The notes: generated from the sequence alone by a model not told the origin. A stretch of DNA of 64,000 nucleotides from Eledone cirrhosa (GCA_964016885.1 OZ024757.1:16492001-16556000), one strand, 5' to 3'; shown: positions 1 to 13,689, counted from the stretch's first letter. Program-made: numbers and translations.

Positions 1-8
1 CCTTGCAT

Positions 9-58
<50 letters not shown>

Positions 59-133
59 CCGTACTAAGAGTGAGAAATGAAATATCATTTTTTTCCATTT
101 ATATATATGTTTTCCATTTTACATACATACATA

Positions 134-199
<66 letters not shown>

Positions 200-251
200 T
201 ATGTATGTAGGTATGTAAAAGGTAAACAACACGATCGGTAATATATATATA

Positions 252-526
252 TTTTTAAAACAGGAGAAGAATGACTTCACTTGTAGTTCTTTGTAGTTCT
301 AAACAATTTTATTTAATTTTAAAATAATATTTTACAATTTGATTTTGTAGATTTAGTAAGTTCTTTGTTAACTTCGATGGTGAGATTTTTTTTAAGATTC
401 CTGGTTAACTTTCCTGAAGAACTTTCTCGCATTCGTCGGTGGCTATCAAATTGTAAAATTATAATATTATTAAATTAAATTGTTTAGAACTACAAGTGAA
501 GTCATTCTTTTCCTTTTTTTAAATAT
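252..526. repeat. Imperfect long inverted repeat between (TA)n tracts (arms ~252-345 / ~445-526)
   Basis: gaatgacttcacttgtagttct...aaacaattt and ttttacaatttgat are mirrored by atcaaattgtaaaa...aaattgtttagaactacaagtgaagtcattct. Confidence 0.75.
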
Positions 527-580
527 ACCTAACCGTACCAATAATCTCACACCATATTTTCCAATATATATATATATATA

Positions 581-750
581 TTTAATATAGAAATGGCTTC
601 TACGGGAATAGAAATGTCTCATTCGGAAGAAATCATCGGGAAAGCCATGCTGATTGATTCCGAATGAAACAGTTCTAGTCCTGTAGAAGCCATTTTTATA
701 TTAAATATTTATACTCTGTTATGTTACCCCCGATTGAACCCGGGATAAAC
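581..750 (+). mobile_element. Family A palindromic element (PLE pLTR-like) with decayed hammerhead
   Basis: Arms ~580-626/658-706 plus 3' tail ending cccgggataaac in (TA)n; homologous to copies at 11556, 12227, 30915 and 53976. Confidence 0.75.
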
Positions 751-760
751 ATATATATAT

Positions 761-794
<34 letters not shown>

Positions 795-796
<2 letters not shown>

Positions 797-989
797 CGAA
801 GGAATTGTGGTAAGGAACCAGATGGACCATAACGCACCAAAGTACTCAATACTTAGGGTAGTAGAGTGGGTAATAGGAACGAGTAGGACCCCGACAGCAG
901 AGCTGAAGCCGTTTCGACAGCTATTTCTGAGTCCAGAAATACCCGTCGAAACGGCTTGAGCTCTGCCGTCGGGGTCATACTTGTTCCTA
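795..989 (-). mobile_element. Family B palindromic element (PLE pLTR-like) with hammerhead 3' half
   Basis: Tail 795-872, palindrome ~873-989 centred on tatttctg-agtc-cagaaata; GAAACGGC-TTGAGCTC-TGCCGTC; flanked by (TA)n. Confidence 0.75.
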
Positions 990-1002
990 TATATATATTG
1001 TT

Positions 1003-1065
<63 letters not shown>

Positions 1066-1559
1066 ATGTATGTATTTATATATATATGTATATATATATG
1101 TCTATATATATATACGTATATGTATATATATATATATGTATATATGTATATATATATATATGTATATATATGTATATGGGTATATATGTGTGTGTGTGTA
1201 TATATATATATGTATATATACATTTATATATATAAATATATGTATATATATATATCTAGGGCGGGTAAAATTCCCGAGATCCATGGACGAGTTCTCTCCA
1301 GCGGTCTCTGTCCCTCATTATCGCTGCCATGTCCTGCATCTCCAACAGACCAGTGTCTGTCCTTAGGGCATCAACATACGTTAACCTTGGTCTTCCTCTT
1401 CTAGTGTGTCCATGTAGGAGCTCCCACAGGAGCACTGAGTGCAATGTCAACTCTGGATGTCGGTGAGCATGTCCAGCTAACCTCAGTCTCCTCTGTATAT
1501 GTATAAATGTTTATATATGTATATGTATATGTATGTATATATATATATATATATATGTG

Positions 1560-1597
<38 letters not shown>

Positions 1598-1758
1598 TAT
1601 GTGCATATACACATATATACGCATATATAAATATATGTATATATATATACATATATGTATATATATACATATACATATATATGTATATATATGTATATAT
1701 GTATATATATATATATATACATATATGTATATATATATATACATATATGTATATATAT

Positions 1759-1806
<48 letters not shown>

Positions 1807-1935
1807 GTATATACATACATATATGTATATATATAGATATGTATATATATACATATATGTGTATATATGTATATATATACATTTATGTATATATATATAT
1901 GTGTATGTATATATATATATGTGTGTGTGTATAAA

Positions 1936-1972
<37 letters not shown>

Positions 1973-2021
1973 GAACATATATATATATGTGTATATATAT
2001 ATATGAACATATATATATGTG

Positions 2022-2120
<99 letters not shown>
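990..2120. repeat. (TA)n / (TATG)n / (TACA)n microsatellite field, interrupted by an RTE fragment
   Basis: Direct reading; source of the YIYIY ORFs. Confidence 0.95.
1256..1495 (-). mobile_element. RTE-clade LINE 3' end fragment
   Basis: Encodes ...[22 protein letters not shown]...DRDRWRELV, a typical RTE ORF C-terminus; near-identical copies at 54913-55222 and 29773-29912. Confidence 0.8.
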
Positions 2121-2340
2121 GGGAAAGTATCAACACATATATTTTTATTGTTTGACCCGAATTACTTGGTCGTTTTGTTTTGGCTGTGCGGATGATATGT
2201 TTAACCATCATCTCAGTGTGTTTGGCCCTTAACGTATGTTGTAGCTCTGATTCATATGATTCATCGAGCGCTTGCCACACATATCGGACGTTGATTTTCG
2301 TTAATTCCTGAGCCGAAAACGATTCTCGCTAATTTATATT
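2120..2340 (+). mobile_element. Family J TA-inserted element with GCTC...GAGCGCT tail hairpin
   Basis: aacgtatgttgtagctct resembles aaacgtatgttataactct at ~55970 and aaacgtattgttataaact at ~58300; bounded by (TA)n. Confidence 0.45.
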
Positions 2341-2369
2341 TGTGTATATATATATATATATATATATAT

Positions 2370-2553
2370 AACGAAGGAAATGTGGTAAGGAACCAGGTGG
2401 ACCATAACGCACCATAGTACTCAATACTTAGGGTAGTAGAGTGGGTAATAGGAACGAGTAGGACCCCGACGGCTGAGCTCAAGCCGTCTCGACGGCTAAT
2501 TCACAATTAGCCGTCGAAACAGCTTGAGATCAGCCGTCGTGGTTCTACTCGTT

Positions 2554-2557
<4 letters not shown>
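2370..2557 (-). mobile_element. Family B palindromic element
   Basis: Homologous to 795-989; centre hairpin GACGGCTAATT-CAC-AATTAGCCGTC. Confidence 0.78.
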
Positions 2558-2652
<95 letters not shown>

Positions 2653-3035
2653 CTGTATGTATTTAACATGTTTCAATCCGGTAAATGATGGATAATAGGA
2701 AAGAATCGTAAAATCGTTAATGGCGTACACGACGAGCTGGTCGAATGGATTGAATAGAAGCAACAGTCGACTATTAATATAGAATTTTAACGTCCCCATT
2801 GAGTTAGTGAACGAACGCAGAGATAATCACGACATTGTGTGTTCATTCATTATGTTATCTGGTCTTTTCAACAATTTAATAGTGGCCATGTATATGAAGT
2901 ATGGGAAACCTTGAAATAATAGCTGCTGTAATGAGAGTTCTCCATGAAAAAACGTGTCGAATGCCTTCAGGCTCCCAACCTGAGACCGTATATTTTCTAA
3001 TATATGCGCTAATAAATACACACAACCTACTGCGA

Positions 3036-3980
3036 GGTGGTAGTGGTGGTGGTGGTGGTGGTGCTGGTGCTGGTGGTGGTGGTGGTGGTGGTGGTGGTGG
3101 TTGTGGTGGTAGTGGTGGTGGTGGTGTTGTTGGTGGTTGTGGTGCTGGTGGTGGTAGTGGTGTTGCTGGTGGTGCTGGTGGTGGTGGTGGTGGTGGTGGT
3201 GGTGGTGGTGGTGGTGGTGGTGGTGGTGGTGGTAGTGGTGTTGCTGGTGGTGGTGGTGGTGGTGGTGGTGGTGGTGGTGATGTTGGTGGTGGTGGTAGTG
3301 GTGTTGCTGGTGGTGCTGGTGGTGGTAGTGGTGGTGGTGTTGGTGGTGGTGGTGCTGGTGGTGGTGGTGGTGGTGGTGGTGATGTTGGTGCTGGTGGTGC
3401 TGGTGGTGATAGTGGTGGTGCTGGTGGTGGTGGTGGTAGTGGTGTTGCTGGTGGTGCTGGTGGTGTTGGTGTTGGTGGTGGTGGTAGTGGTGTTGCTGGT
3501 GGTGTTGGTGGTGGTAGTGGTGGTGGTGCTGGTGGTGGTGGTGATGTTGGTGCTGGTGGTGCTGGTGGTGGTGCTGGTGGTGGTGTTGCGGGTGGTGCTG
3601 GTGGTGTTGGTGTTGGTGGTGGTGGTAGTGGTGTTGCTGGTGGTGTTGGTGGTGGTAGTGGTGGTGGTAGTGGTGGTGGTGGTGATGTTGGTGTTGGTGC
3701 TGGTGGTGCTGGTGGTGCTGGTGGTGATAGTGGTGGTGCTGGTGGTGTTGGTGGTGGTAGTGGTGGGGGTGGTGATGTTGGTGTTGGTGCTGGTGGTGCT
3801 GGTGGTGGTGCTGGTGCTAGTGCTGGTGTTGGTGGTGCTGGTGGTGATAGTGGTGGTGCTGGTGGTGCTGATGATAGTGGTAGTCTGGTGCTGCTGCTGC
3901 TGATGGTGGTGGTCGTGGTGCTGCTGCTGATGGTAGTGGTAGTCTGGTGCTGCTGCTGATGGTGGTGGTGGTGGTGGTGA
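3036..3980. repeat. (GGT)n-based cryptic triplet repeat
   Basis: GGT/GCT/GTT/AGT triplets, with internal block duplications. Confidence 0.9.
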
Positions 3981-4275
3981 AGTTTTGGAAATTATAATGA
4001 GGGTGTGAAAGAGGGTTTGCGGGGTGTTTTGTTTTGTTACCTTGGTTTTTTTTTTCTTTTCTTTTCTTTTGTTTGTATTGTTTCTTTCGAGAAATAGCGA
4101 TAGCTGTGAATAGATGTGGGATTTGATTTGTATCATAATGACAACAGCGTCACCACCAGCAGCAATAACAACAACAACAGCAACAACGATAATAATAACA
4201 ATGGTAATAATAATGATAATAATAATAATGGTAATAATAATGATAATAATAATAATGGTAATAATAATGATAATC

Positions 4276-5028
4276 AAGCCAACATAATAAAAAAAATGGA
4301 TGCAGCCCATTATGCCGTGTATGCAAAAAACAACCAGAGACCATTGACCATATAATTTCAATGTGCAGTCCTATAGCTCCAACCGAATACCTAAACAGGC
4401 ATGACAGAGCTGCACAATACATACATTGGATAATGTGTAAGCATTTTGACCTGCCCCATCAAAAGAATTGGGGGGGAGGAGCATCAACCACCTCCCATAC
4501 TTGAAAAAGATCACATCTCAATCTTGTGGAACTTTAGCATCCAAACAGACCGAAAAATAGATGCAAATAGACCTGATATAATATTGAAGGACTTTAAAAA
4601 GAGGGTATGCCTGCTAATTGATATGTCCGTTCCAATAGACAAGAATGTATCTATAAAAACATTTGAAAAATTGAGCAAGTATAAGGACCTGGAGATAGAA
4701 ATTGGAAAAATGTGGAAATTGAGAACTAAAACAATACCAGTGGTTGTAGGCGCTCTGGGAATGATACCTAAGGGGTCTAATGATTACTTATCGCAAATCC
4801 CAGGAAACCCGCCTAAAGGATAAATACAAAAGATAGTACTAATGGGAACTGCCCATATACTAAGGAAGATTCTGTCAATATAAGTACATCACAAGTCTAA
4901 ACACTAAAGATGCTGTGTGAGTATGTATGTTCTTTCTTGAACATGGCGGACCTTGTTGTCTCTTGAGGTCACTGGTTGTGACTTGGTGATAACTCGTATG
5001 AACATAAAGCAAGATAAATGCAACTGTA
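4276..5028 (+). mobile_element. Non-LTR retrotransposon 3' fragment with restriction-like endonuclease (Dong/R4-type)
   Basis: CCHC-like remnant and RHD region, then ILWNFSIQTDRKIDANRPDII...LLIDMSVP...EKLSKYKDL...PVVVGALG; flanked by (TAA)n. Confidence 0.85.
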
Positions 5029-5039
5029 ATAATAATAAT

Positions 5040-5443
5040 AATAATGATTTCTTTATTGGCCACAAGGGCTGACATCAAGAAAAACATCACAGACGGAACA
5101 GGACGGTACGATGTGGGTTTTGTGCGTGTAAATATTTTTTATTATTTATATAAGAAAAGAAAAAAGGACATAGAAACATATATATATATATATATAAACA
5201 ATAAAAATGAAAATTGAAACAAAGAAAAATTCCCCAATAGGGGGGAAACCTCCGAGGGTTACTCGTGGCGAAAACCACACCAAAGACCACGGCCACCCTG
5301 ACTACCAGGGCAAGCGCCCTCTCTCAATTTTTCCATCTCTCAAACTACAGACGTATATTCGGAATGGTGCCATTCACTCGGACCATTCTCGCTACATTCA
5401 CCCACCTTTCAACAAACTTGCTAGAAAGCAGCACTTGCCTCTG
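5040..5443 (-). mobile_element. LINE 3' end (probable Tx1/L1-type) with UTR ending ccttgtggccaataaagaaat+(TTA)n
   Basis: ORF end KFVERWVNVARMVRVNGTIPNIRL*; UTR homologous to 36085-36355 and 34790-34965. Confidence 0.55.
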
Positions 5444-5582
5444 TAATAATAATAATAGTAATAGTAATACTGATGATGATGTAAATATTAGTAATAACGA
5501 TGATAATAATAACAATAATAAATGATGAAGATGATGATGACAAATAATAATAAGAACAAAAATAATAATAATAATAATAATA

Positions 5583-5762
5583 ATTGTTTCTACTTTTGGC
5601 ACAAGGCCAGCAATTATTCCAGTGCATTACTGGTACTTTATTTTATCGACCCCGTAAGGATGAAAGGCAAAGTTAACCTCGGCGGGATTTGAACTCAGAA
5701 TGGCAAGGGCAGTAACTCTATGCGTCAAAGCATGGCGTCTAACCCTCTACCGATACTGCCAA
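5583..5762 (-). mobile_element. tRNA-derived SINE (main family)
   Basis: A box TGGCAGTATCGG, B box GAGTTCAAATCC, core ctttcatccttacggggtcgataaaataaagtacc, tail ccttgtgccaaaagtagaaacaatt. Confidence 0.88.
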
Positions 5763-5862
5763 GTAAATAATAGTAATAATGGTGTTAGTAGTAACAATAA
5801 TGATGAGGATGAATAGTACGAAGAAGAAGAAGAACAACAACAACAATAACAATAATAACAAC

Positions 5863-5896
<34 letters not shown>

Positions 5897-5898
<2 letters not shown>

Positions 5899-6160
5899 GG
5901 ATTTGGAACTGCCATGAAGTCAAAGTGATCCCGATTGTCATAGGCGCACTGGGGACTATCTCCAAAAGTTTCCAGGGATGGTTAAAGAAAATCGGCCCCT
6001 TCACGCTTTTTGGAACGCTTCAAAAGGCATGCTTGCTTGGAACAGCAAGAACCCTCCGATACGTCCTGAATATCTGAGGCTGCAGGTAGTGGCTTGATAT
6101 TCAATCCAACGGACTTTCCAGTTAACCAACATCAATGACTGAGATTCAAGGAATAACAAC
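5897..6160 (+). mobile_element. Dong/R4-type LINE 3' end
   Basis: RIWNCHEVKVIPIVIGALGTISKSFQGWLKKIG...LRYVLNI*; bounded by (AAT)n; matches 35377-35640 in reverse. Confidence 0.85.
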
Positions 6161-6212
<52 letters not shown>

Positions 6213-6214
<2 letters not shown>

Positions 6215-6314
6215 TGTTTCTACTTTAGGCACAAGGCCAGCAATTACCCAGTGTATTACTGGTACTTTATTTTATCGACCCTGTAAGGATGAAAGGCAAA
6301 GTCAACCTCGGCGG
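6213..6314 (-). mobile_element. SINE 3' half
   Basis: Core and tail of the main SINE family. Confidence 0.8.
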
Positions 6315-6639
6315 TGGTGGTGGTGGTGGTGATTGTTATCATAAAGAAATCGTTATCATCATAATAGTAACAACAAATACTATATTGATTGTTATTTATA
6401 TACGACACTTATTTGCCAATTTAACCATTATTTAACCATTATTGTCCAGAAGAATTACTACATATTTGTTATATTTGGGGGAGGGGGGGGGGATATAATC
6501 TAACGTGATGGGAATTCCTGCAGGGAGGAAAAAGGAAGAATTAATGGAAGTGTTGAGAATATTTTAGGAAACGTGTCATTTCTGTTTACTTTAAATCAAA
6601 CATCTCACTTTAACTTGGCCCAGTGAATAAATTGTACTT

Positions 6640-8640
6640 TACTCGTCCATGGATTCAAACCTTGGAAATATCATCAATCTTGTAGTCTAAAATAATTTAC
6701 ATGTCCATGGATCCAAAATCTGGGATGGATCAGTAATGTTTTATCCGGAAGTACTTTACACGTCCATGGATCCCAAACCTTGGACATATCACCAATGTTG
6801 TATTCTGGAGTACTTTACACATCCATGGATCCCAAACCTTGGACATATCACCAATGTTGTATTCTGGAGTACTTTACACGTCCATGGATCCCAAACCTTG
6901 GACATATCACCAATGTTGTATTCTGGAGTACTTTACACGTCCATGGATCCCAAACCTTGGACATATCACCAATGTTGTATTCTGGAGTACTTTATACGTC
7001 CATGGATACAAAACCTTGGACATATCACCAATGTTGTATTCTGGAGTACTTTACACGTCCATGGATCCCAAACCTTGGACATATCACCAATGTTGTATTC
7101 TGGAGTACTTTACACGTCCATGGATCCCAAACCTTGGACATATCACCAATGTTGTATTCTGGAGTACTTTACACGTCCATGGATCCCAAACCTTGGACAT
7201 ATCACCAATGTTGTATTCTGGAGTACTTTACACATCCATGGATCCCAAACCTTGGACATATCACCAATGGTGTATTCTGGAGTACTTTACACGTCCATGG
7301 ATCCCAAACTTTGGACATACCACCAATGTTGTATTCTGGAGTACTTTATACGTCCATGGATCCCAAACCTTGGACATATCACCAATGTTCTATTCTGGAG
7401 TACTTTACGCATCCATGGATCCCAAACCTTGGACATATCACCAATGTTCTATTCTGGAGTACTTTACACATCCATGGATCCCAAACCTTGGACATATCAC
7501 CAATGTTGTATGCTGGAGTACTTTTCACGTCCATGGATCCCAAACCTTGGACATATCACCAATGTTGTATTCTGGAGTACTTTATACGTCCATGGATCCC
7601 AAACCTTGGACATATCACCAATGTTGTATTCTGGAGTACTTTACACGTCCATGGATCCCAAACCTTGGACATATCACCAATGTTGTATTCTGGAGTACTT
7701 TACACGTCCATGGATCCCAAACCTTGGACATATCACCAATGTTGTATTCTGGAGTACTTTACACGTCCATGGATCCCAAACCTTGGACATATCACCAATG
7801 TTGTATTCTGGAGTACTTTACACGTCCATGGATCCCAAACCTTGGACATATCACCAATGTTGTATTCTGGAGTACTTTACACGTCCATGGATCCCAAACC
7901 TTGGACATATCACCAATGTTGTATTCTGGAGTACTTTACACGTCCATGGATCCCAAACCTTGGACATATCACCAATGTTGTATTCTGGAGTACTTTACAC
8001 GTCCATGGATCCCAAACCTTGGACATATCACCAATGTTGTATTCTGGAGTACTTTACACATCCATGGATCCCAAACCTTGGACATATCACCAATGGTGTA
8101 TTCTGGAGTACTTTACACGTCCATGGATCCCAAACCTTGGACATATCACCAATGTTGTATTCTGGAGTACTTTATACGTCCATGGATCCCAAACCTTGGA
8201 CATATCACCAATGTTCTATTCTGGAGTACTTTACGCATCCATGGATCCCAAACCTTGGACATATCACCAATGTTCTATTCTGGAGTACTTTACACATCCA
8301 TGGATCCCAAACCTTGGACATATCACCAATGTTGTATGCTGGAGTACTTTTCACGTCCATGGATCCCAAACCTTGGACATATCACCAATGTTGTATTCTG
8401 GAGTACTTTATACGTCCATGGATCCCAAACCTTGGACATATCACCAATGTTGTATTCTGGAGTACTTTACACGTCCATGGATCCCAAACCTTGGACATAT
8501 CACCAATGTTGTATTCTGGAGTACTTTATACGTCCATGGATCCCAAACCTTGGACATATCACCAATGTTGTATTCTGGAGTACTTTACACATCCATGGAT
8601 CCCAAACCTTGGACATATTACCAATGTTGTATTCTGGAGT
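6640..8640. repeat. 59-bp tandem satellite (~32 near-perfect copies plus degenerate edges)
   Basis: Unit gtccatggatcccaaaccttggacatatcaccaatgttgtattctggagtactttacac; shifts 1 nt per 60-nt line; degenerate relatives continue to ~9230. Confidence 0.97.
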
Positions 8641-9304
8641 CATTGAGTTATTTATCCAGGTGACTCCATTACGAATGCAACACCTTTTGAATCCTGGAGT
8701 CACTAGATGTTTCAGGTTTTACAACGTAGTCACCCTCCTTCAAGTGACACAACTTCAGATGCAAACTTTTGGACACATCCTCTATATTGTATCCATGAGT
8801 TACTGGATGTTTTGTGGGGTCTTGCAACATAATCACCCTCGTCCAGATGAAGCAACTACAAGACACATCGTCAGTATTTTATCATGGAGTCACTGTGCGT
8901 TTTACAGGGTCTTACAACACAGTCTCCCTCATCCATCCAGGTGACTCAAGTAGAGGACACATCACCAGCGTTGTATTCTGGAGTCCATGTGTGTTTTAGG
9001 GGGTCTTACAACGTAGTCACCCTCATCCAGGTGATGCAACTGCTGATGCAAAATCTTAGAAACATCATCTGTATTGTATCCTGAAGTCACTGGACGTTTC
9101 AGGTTTTACAACATAGTCACCCTCATCCAGGTGGCACAAGATGCAAAACCTTTGACACATCATTAGTTTTGTATCCTAGAGTCATTGAGTTTTAAAGGAT
9201 CTTACAACATACCTCATCCGGGTGACACACCAGGGGGTGCTAAAAGTCTGTAAAATAGGAAGATCTGTAAATATGAAAAACCAATCCGTTTAGAGATCCT
9301 GAAA

Positions 9305-9490
9305 TTATTTAGCACAAGGCCAACAATTTTGGGGAGGGGAAAATAGATTAAATCGACCCCAGTGCATTACTAGTAGTGTATTTTATTGAACTCGTACGGA
9401 TGAACGGCAAAGCTAACCTCGGCAGGATTTGAACTCAGATCATAAAGCATTTCGTCCGGCGCTCTACCGGTGCTGCCAATCCACTGCTCT
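9305..9490 (-). mobile_element. tRNA-derived SINE, diverged
   Basis: Homology to the main SINE family. Confidence 0.75.
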
Positions 9491-10466
9491 AAAAGGATCC
9501 CTAAGATATTAAAAAGCACTCCATCTTGAGCTTCTGAAAACCTGTAAAACGAATCATTTAAACATTCTCAAGGATAAAAACGATAATAATAAATTATATA
9601 TCAGTTTTTTTCTTTTCCTTTATTTTCCATTCACCAACAGAAGATAGATCTTTTCCGGTTTTATCGCTGAAATAATTCTAAGATTCAATAATAGATATTC
9701 GGTGGTAACTTTATACAAAGATTTTTGTGAATAAAGCTTTAAGAATAAAAACAACGACAACATTAATACCATGAAAAATAATAAATTTGGTTTTACGATA
9801 TTAATAAAATGTTAACTGTGTATAATGTGTTGACGAAGATGTTCGCTGTGACAAGCTCTAGCTTAAACCTGTATTTCTGTAATAACAGCTTATTGCGTAT
9901 TCCCAAAAGAAAACTTGATAATAAGCCGTTAAACAACCAATATATGATTGATCTATAGATTGATAACAACAGGCTAGCTCATCAGCAATAAATACTTATT
10001 ACACACACACACACAGCAGAATATCTGATATTGGACATGAACCAATCAATGATCTGTACATGAGTTATTACGGTAAAAATTTCTTGTACTTGGCAGCATT
10101 AAAGATGTCACAGTCCTATTGTGTTTTCTGATTGACTTCATGGTATAAGGTCGTTACTGAGGATTGCGTTAGCTACTTCAGATTTCGCTGGAGAAAATCT
10201 TGCTTCTCGAGAATTTTACGAAAAGTAATCTACGAAGCGTATATCATTGAATCTCTTCCTGGAACCTTGTCAATAGTCGCCAGACCTCCTCAGCCATATC
10301 TCAACATACGGATGTATCTTAATATGTGTATAAACAGGAATATGTACGCATGATAATATGAGCGTATAGGAACTTGCCATGCGTGTATCTGAATGCATAT
10401 GTTACTACGCGTGTTTATCATCGGTATGCGCATCTTGATATGTATATGTGTGTATATATATATATT

Positions 10467-10581
<115 letters not shown>

Positions 10582-10582
10582 A

Positions 10583-10615
<33 letters not shown>

Positions 10616-10752
10616 ATGTATATATTTATATATGTATATATACATGCGTGTGTGTGTCTTTTTGCGTACATGTGTTTGCGTCTGTGCGTATGTATGTGTT
10701 TTTGTGTGTATGTGTTTCAGTGTGTGTCTCTCTCTACATATATATGTATTTA

Positions 10753-10800
<48 letters not shown>

Positions 10801-10889
10801 CTGTGTGTATGTGTATGTGTGTGTGTGTGTATGTGAATATATATTCATATATGTATGTATGTATATATGTATATATATATATATTTGTA

Positions 10890-10960
<71 letters not shown>

Positions 10961-11006
10961 TTGTATATATGTATATGTATATATATATATATGTATATGT
11001 ATATAT

Positions 11007-11039
<33 letters not shown>

Positions 11040-11053
11040 ATTATATGTGTATA

Positions 11054-11170
<117 letters not shown>

Positions 11171-11488
11171 TTGTTTTGCAAGGTTTTTTATATGAAATCG
11201 TGTGTCGAAACAAATATTGTTGGTTTGGATTGGTTTTCGCTTGTGTATATTTTATATCCTTATAGTTAATTTAGTTGGCAATCAATGTTCATCAGTGATT
11301 GACCAACGGTTAAAAATATAGAAATAAATATATATATATATAGTCTATCAAAGTTCTTCATCACACACCTGTGACATCATCAGTGGTGCGATTATGTTTC
11401 CTCCCGTTGCATTTTAATGCCTATGTCACACACACACACAAACAGTGAGTGTGGCGATATTATAACAATATGACCCACCCCAAATATA

Positions 11489-11857
<369 letters not shown>

Positions 11858-12168
11858 TTGTGTATACACACACACATACTTAACAGTTACGCATATATAA
11901 AGAATCAAATATACAAAGATATACACAGCCACTCAGACAATATTTTCACTTCATTATGAAACTTTCTAAGTCACCATGTTTGTCTGTCTGGAACTTCGTT
12001 TTCCCACCCTTGTAGACTTATTTCTTGTTACATGTCAGAGCTGTATTTCTTCTGTCGTATTGTAATATTTATTAGTATAGACATATATATTTTGTCTGAT
12101 ATATACGGCAGTTTGTTATTTCTATTCCTTTTATTATCGTTTAGTCTTTCATATAATTTTTTATGTTA

Positions 12169-12226
<58 letters not shown>

Positions 12227-12228
<2 letters not shown>

Positions 12229-12426
12229 TTTATAGAAGGAGCTTCTACAGGACTAGTACTGTTTCATTCAGATGAAATCTTCAGGAAGCTCTTCCTGAAG
12301 ATTTCATCTGAATGAAACAGTACTAGTCCTGTAGAAGCTCCTTCTATAAAATAAAAAAATTTTACTCTGCCATGTATTGAGTACCTTACTTACTGTGGTT
12401 ATCCCCGACTCAACCCGGGACCTACG
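12227..12426 (+). mobile_element. Family A palindromic element with two hammerheads head-to-head
   Basis: Perfect ~60 bp arms around gct at ~12289; tail to 12426. Confidence 0.82.
12239..12291 (-). ncRNA. Type I hammerhead ribozyme motif (family A)
   Basis: Stem I GAGCTTC/GAAGCTC, core CTGAAGA...GAAA, stem II TTCA/TGAA, stem III ACAG/CTGT with TACTAGTC loop, GUA cleavage triplet. Confidence 0.75.
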
Positions 12427-12470
<44 letters not shown>

Positions 12471-12635
12471 TATATATTATACATATTTATATATCATGTA
12501 TGTATATTATATATTATATATATATATGTGTGTATTATATTATATTATATATTATATATATATATATGTGTGTGTGTGTGTATTATATATATATATATGT
12601 ATATTATATTGTATATATGCATATTATATTATATA

Positions 12636-12815
12636 TGGCAGTATCGGTAGAGGGTCGGACACCATGCTTTGAAGCATAGAGTTACCTCCCTTTATGTTCT
12701 GAGTTCAAATCCCGCCGAGGTTAACTTTGCCTTTCATCCTTACAGGGTCGATAAAATAAAGTACCAGTAATACTCTGGATAATTGCTGGCCTTGTGCTAA
12801 AAGTAGAAACAATTA
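12636..12815 (+). mobile_element. tRNA-derived SINE (main family)
   Basis: A/B boxes, core and tail. Confidence 0.88.
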
Positions 12816-13204
12816 TATATATATATATATATATAGTGTATGAGATTCAGTAAATTACTAGTGGTGATACCAAAACGCGCACACACAGTGTGTATGTCAT
12901 AAAAACAACTAAATACATGTTAACAAAACTTCATAGTTTTTATTAATATATATTTAATATGTTCTTTTAGCTTCACAGCTATAAATTAATGTTTTGTCTC
13001 TCGTCTCTTACTCCGCTGGACAGCGTTTGGCCTGTGTTAGACACTGTGACACTGGGCTGATTAGCAATACCGTTGGTAGAGGTCGAAACTGCCAAAGTTC
13101 ATCTCAACGGCTGATGACCCTGGCGTTCTGTGACCTTCATTTATGTCTTTATTTTAAACAAATAATATTTTTAAGGTTTCACATTAAAAACTTTTTTCCC
13201 TTTA

Positions 13205-13640
13205 AAAACCCTGATTTGAAAGGTGATGCCAACATCATTTGGGCAGTATTGATGGAATATTTTCCATATCATACAGATCATGTAGCGCTCACAGCGGCGT
13301 TAGAGAGAGTAGAGTTTGAGTTTTTATAGTCGACCCCAATAGTTAAGGCCTGTCATGTCAGCTCACTTTTTTGTAATTAACCTGTGGAGTTCTTCAATGC
13401 TCATAATACTTTGTTTCGTGTGTGGACACCACAGTGGACAACAGTATTCGAAGTGGGGCCCAGCAAAGGTAGAGTAGATTAGGAGGGTGGTGTGAATTTC
13501 TGTAGACAGGAAAGTTCTGAGAATCCAGAAATACATCCTGCGGGCCAAGTTTTATGTTTATGTGGGTAGCCCAGCTTAAGATGTTGTCAACAATTACTCC
13601 AAGTTTCTCGTGTTGTTCGACGGCACGGGGGTTTCACCTG
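13205..13640 (-). mobile_element. Decayed CR1-type LINE RT fragment
   Basis: [22 protein letters not shown]; homologous to 60700-61130. Confidence 0.8.
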
Positions 13641-13689
13641 TGGGATGAGAATATGGTAAGTTCAATGCATCCAATATACATTATATAGA

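Noticed and set aside
2901-3959. 352-aa glycine-rich ORF
   Set aside because: Almost purely GGT-based triplet repeat, open in several frames and both strands, no signal peptide, set in a microsatellite field
6736-8944. Three 627-701 aa ORFs; CRISPR-like regularity
   Set aside because: Products of a stop-free 59-bp tandem unit; no unique spacers and no cas genes
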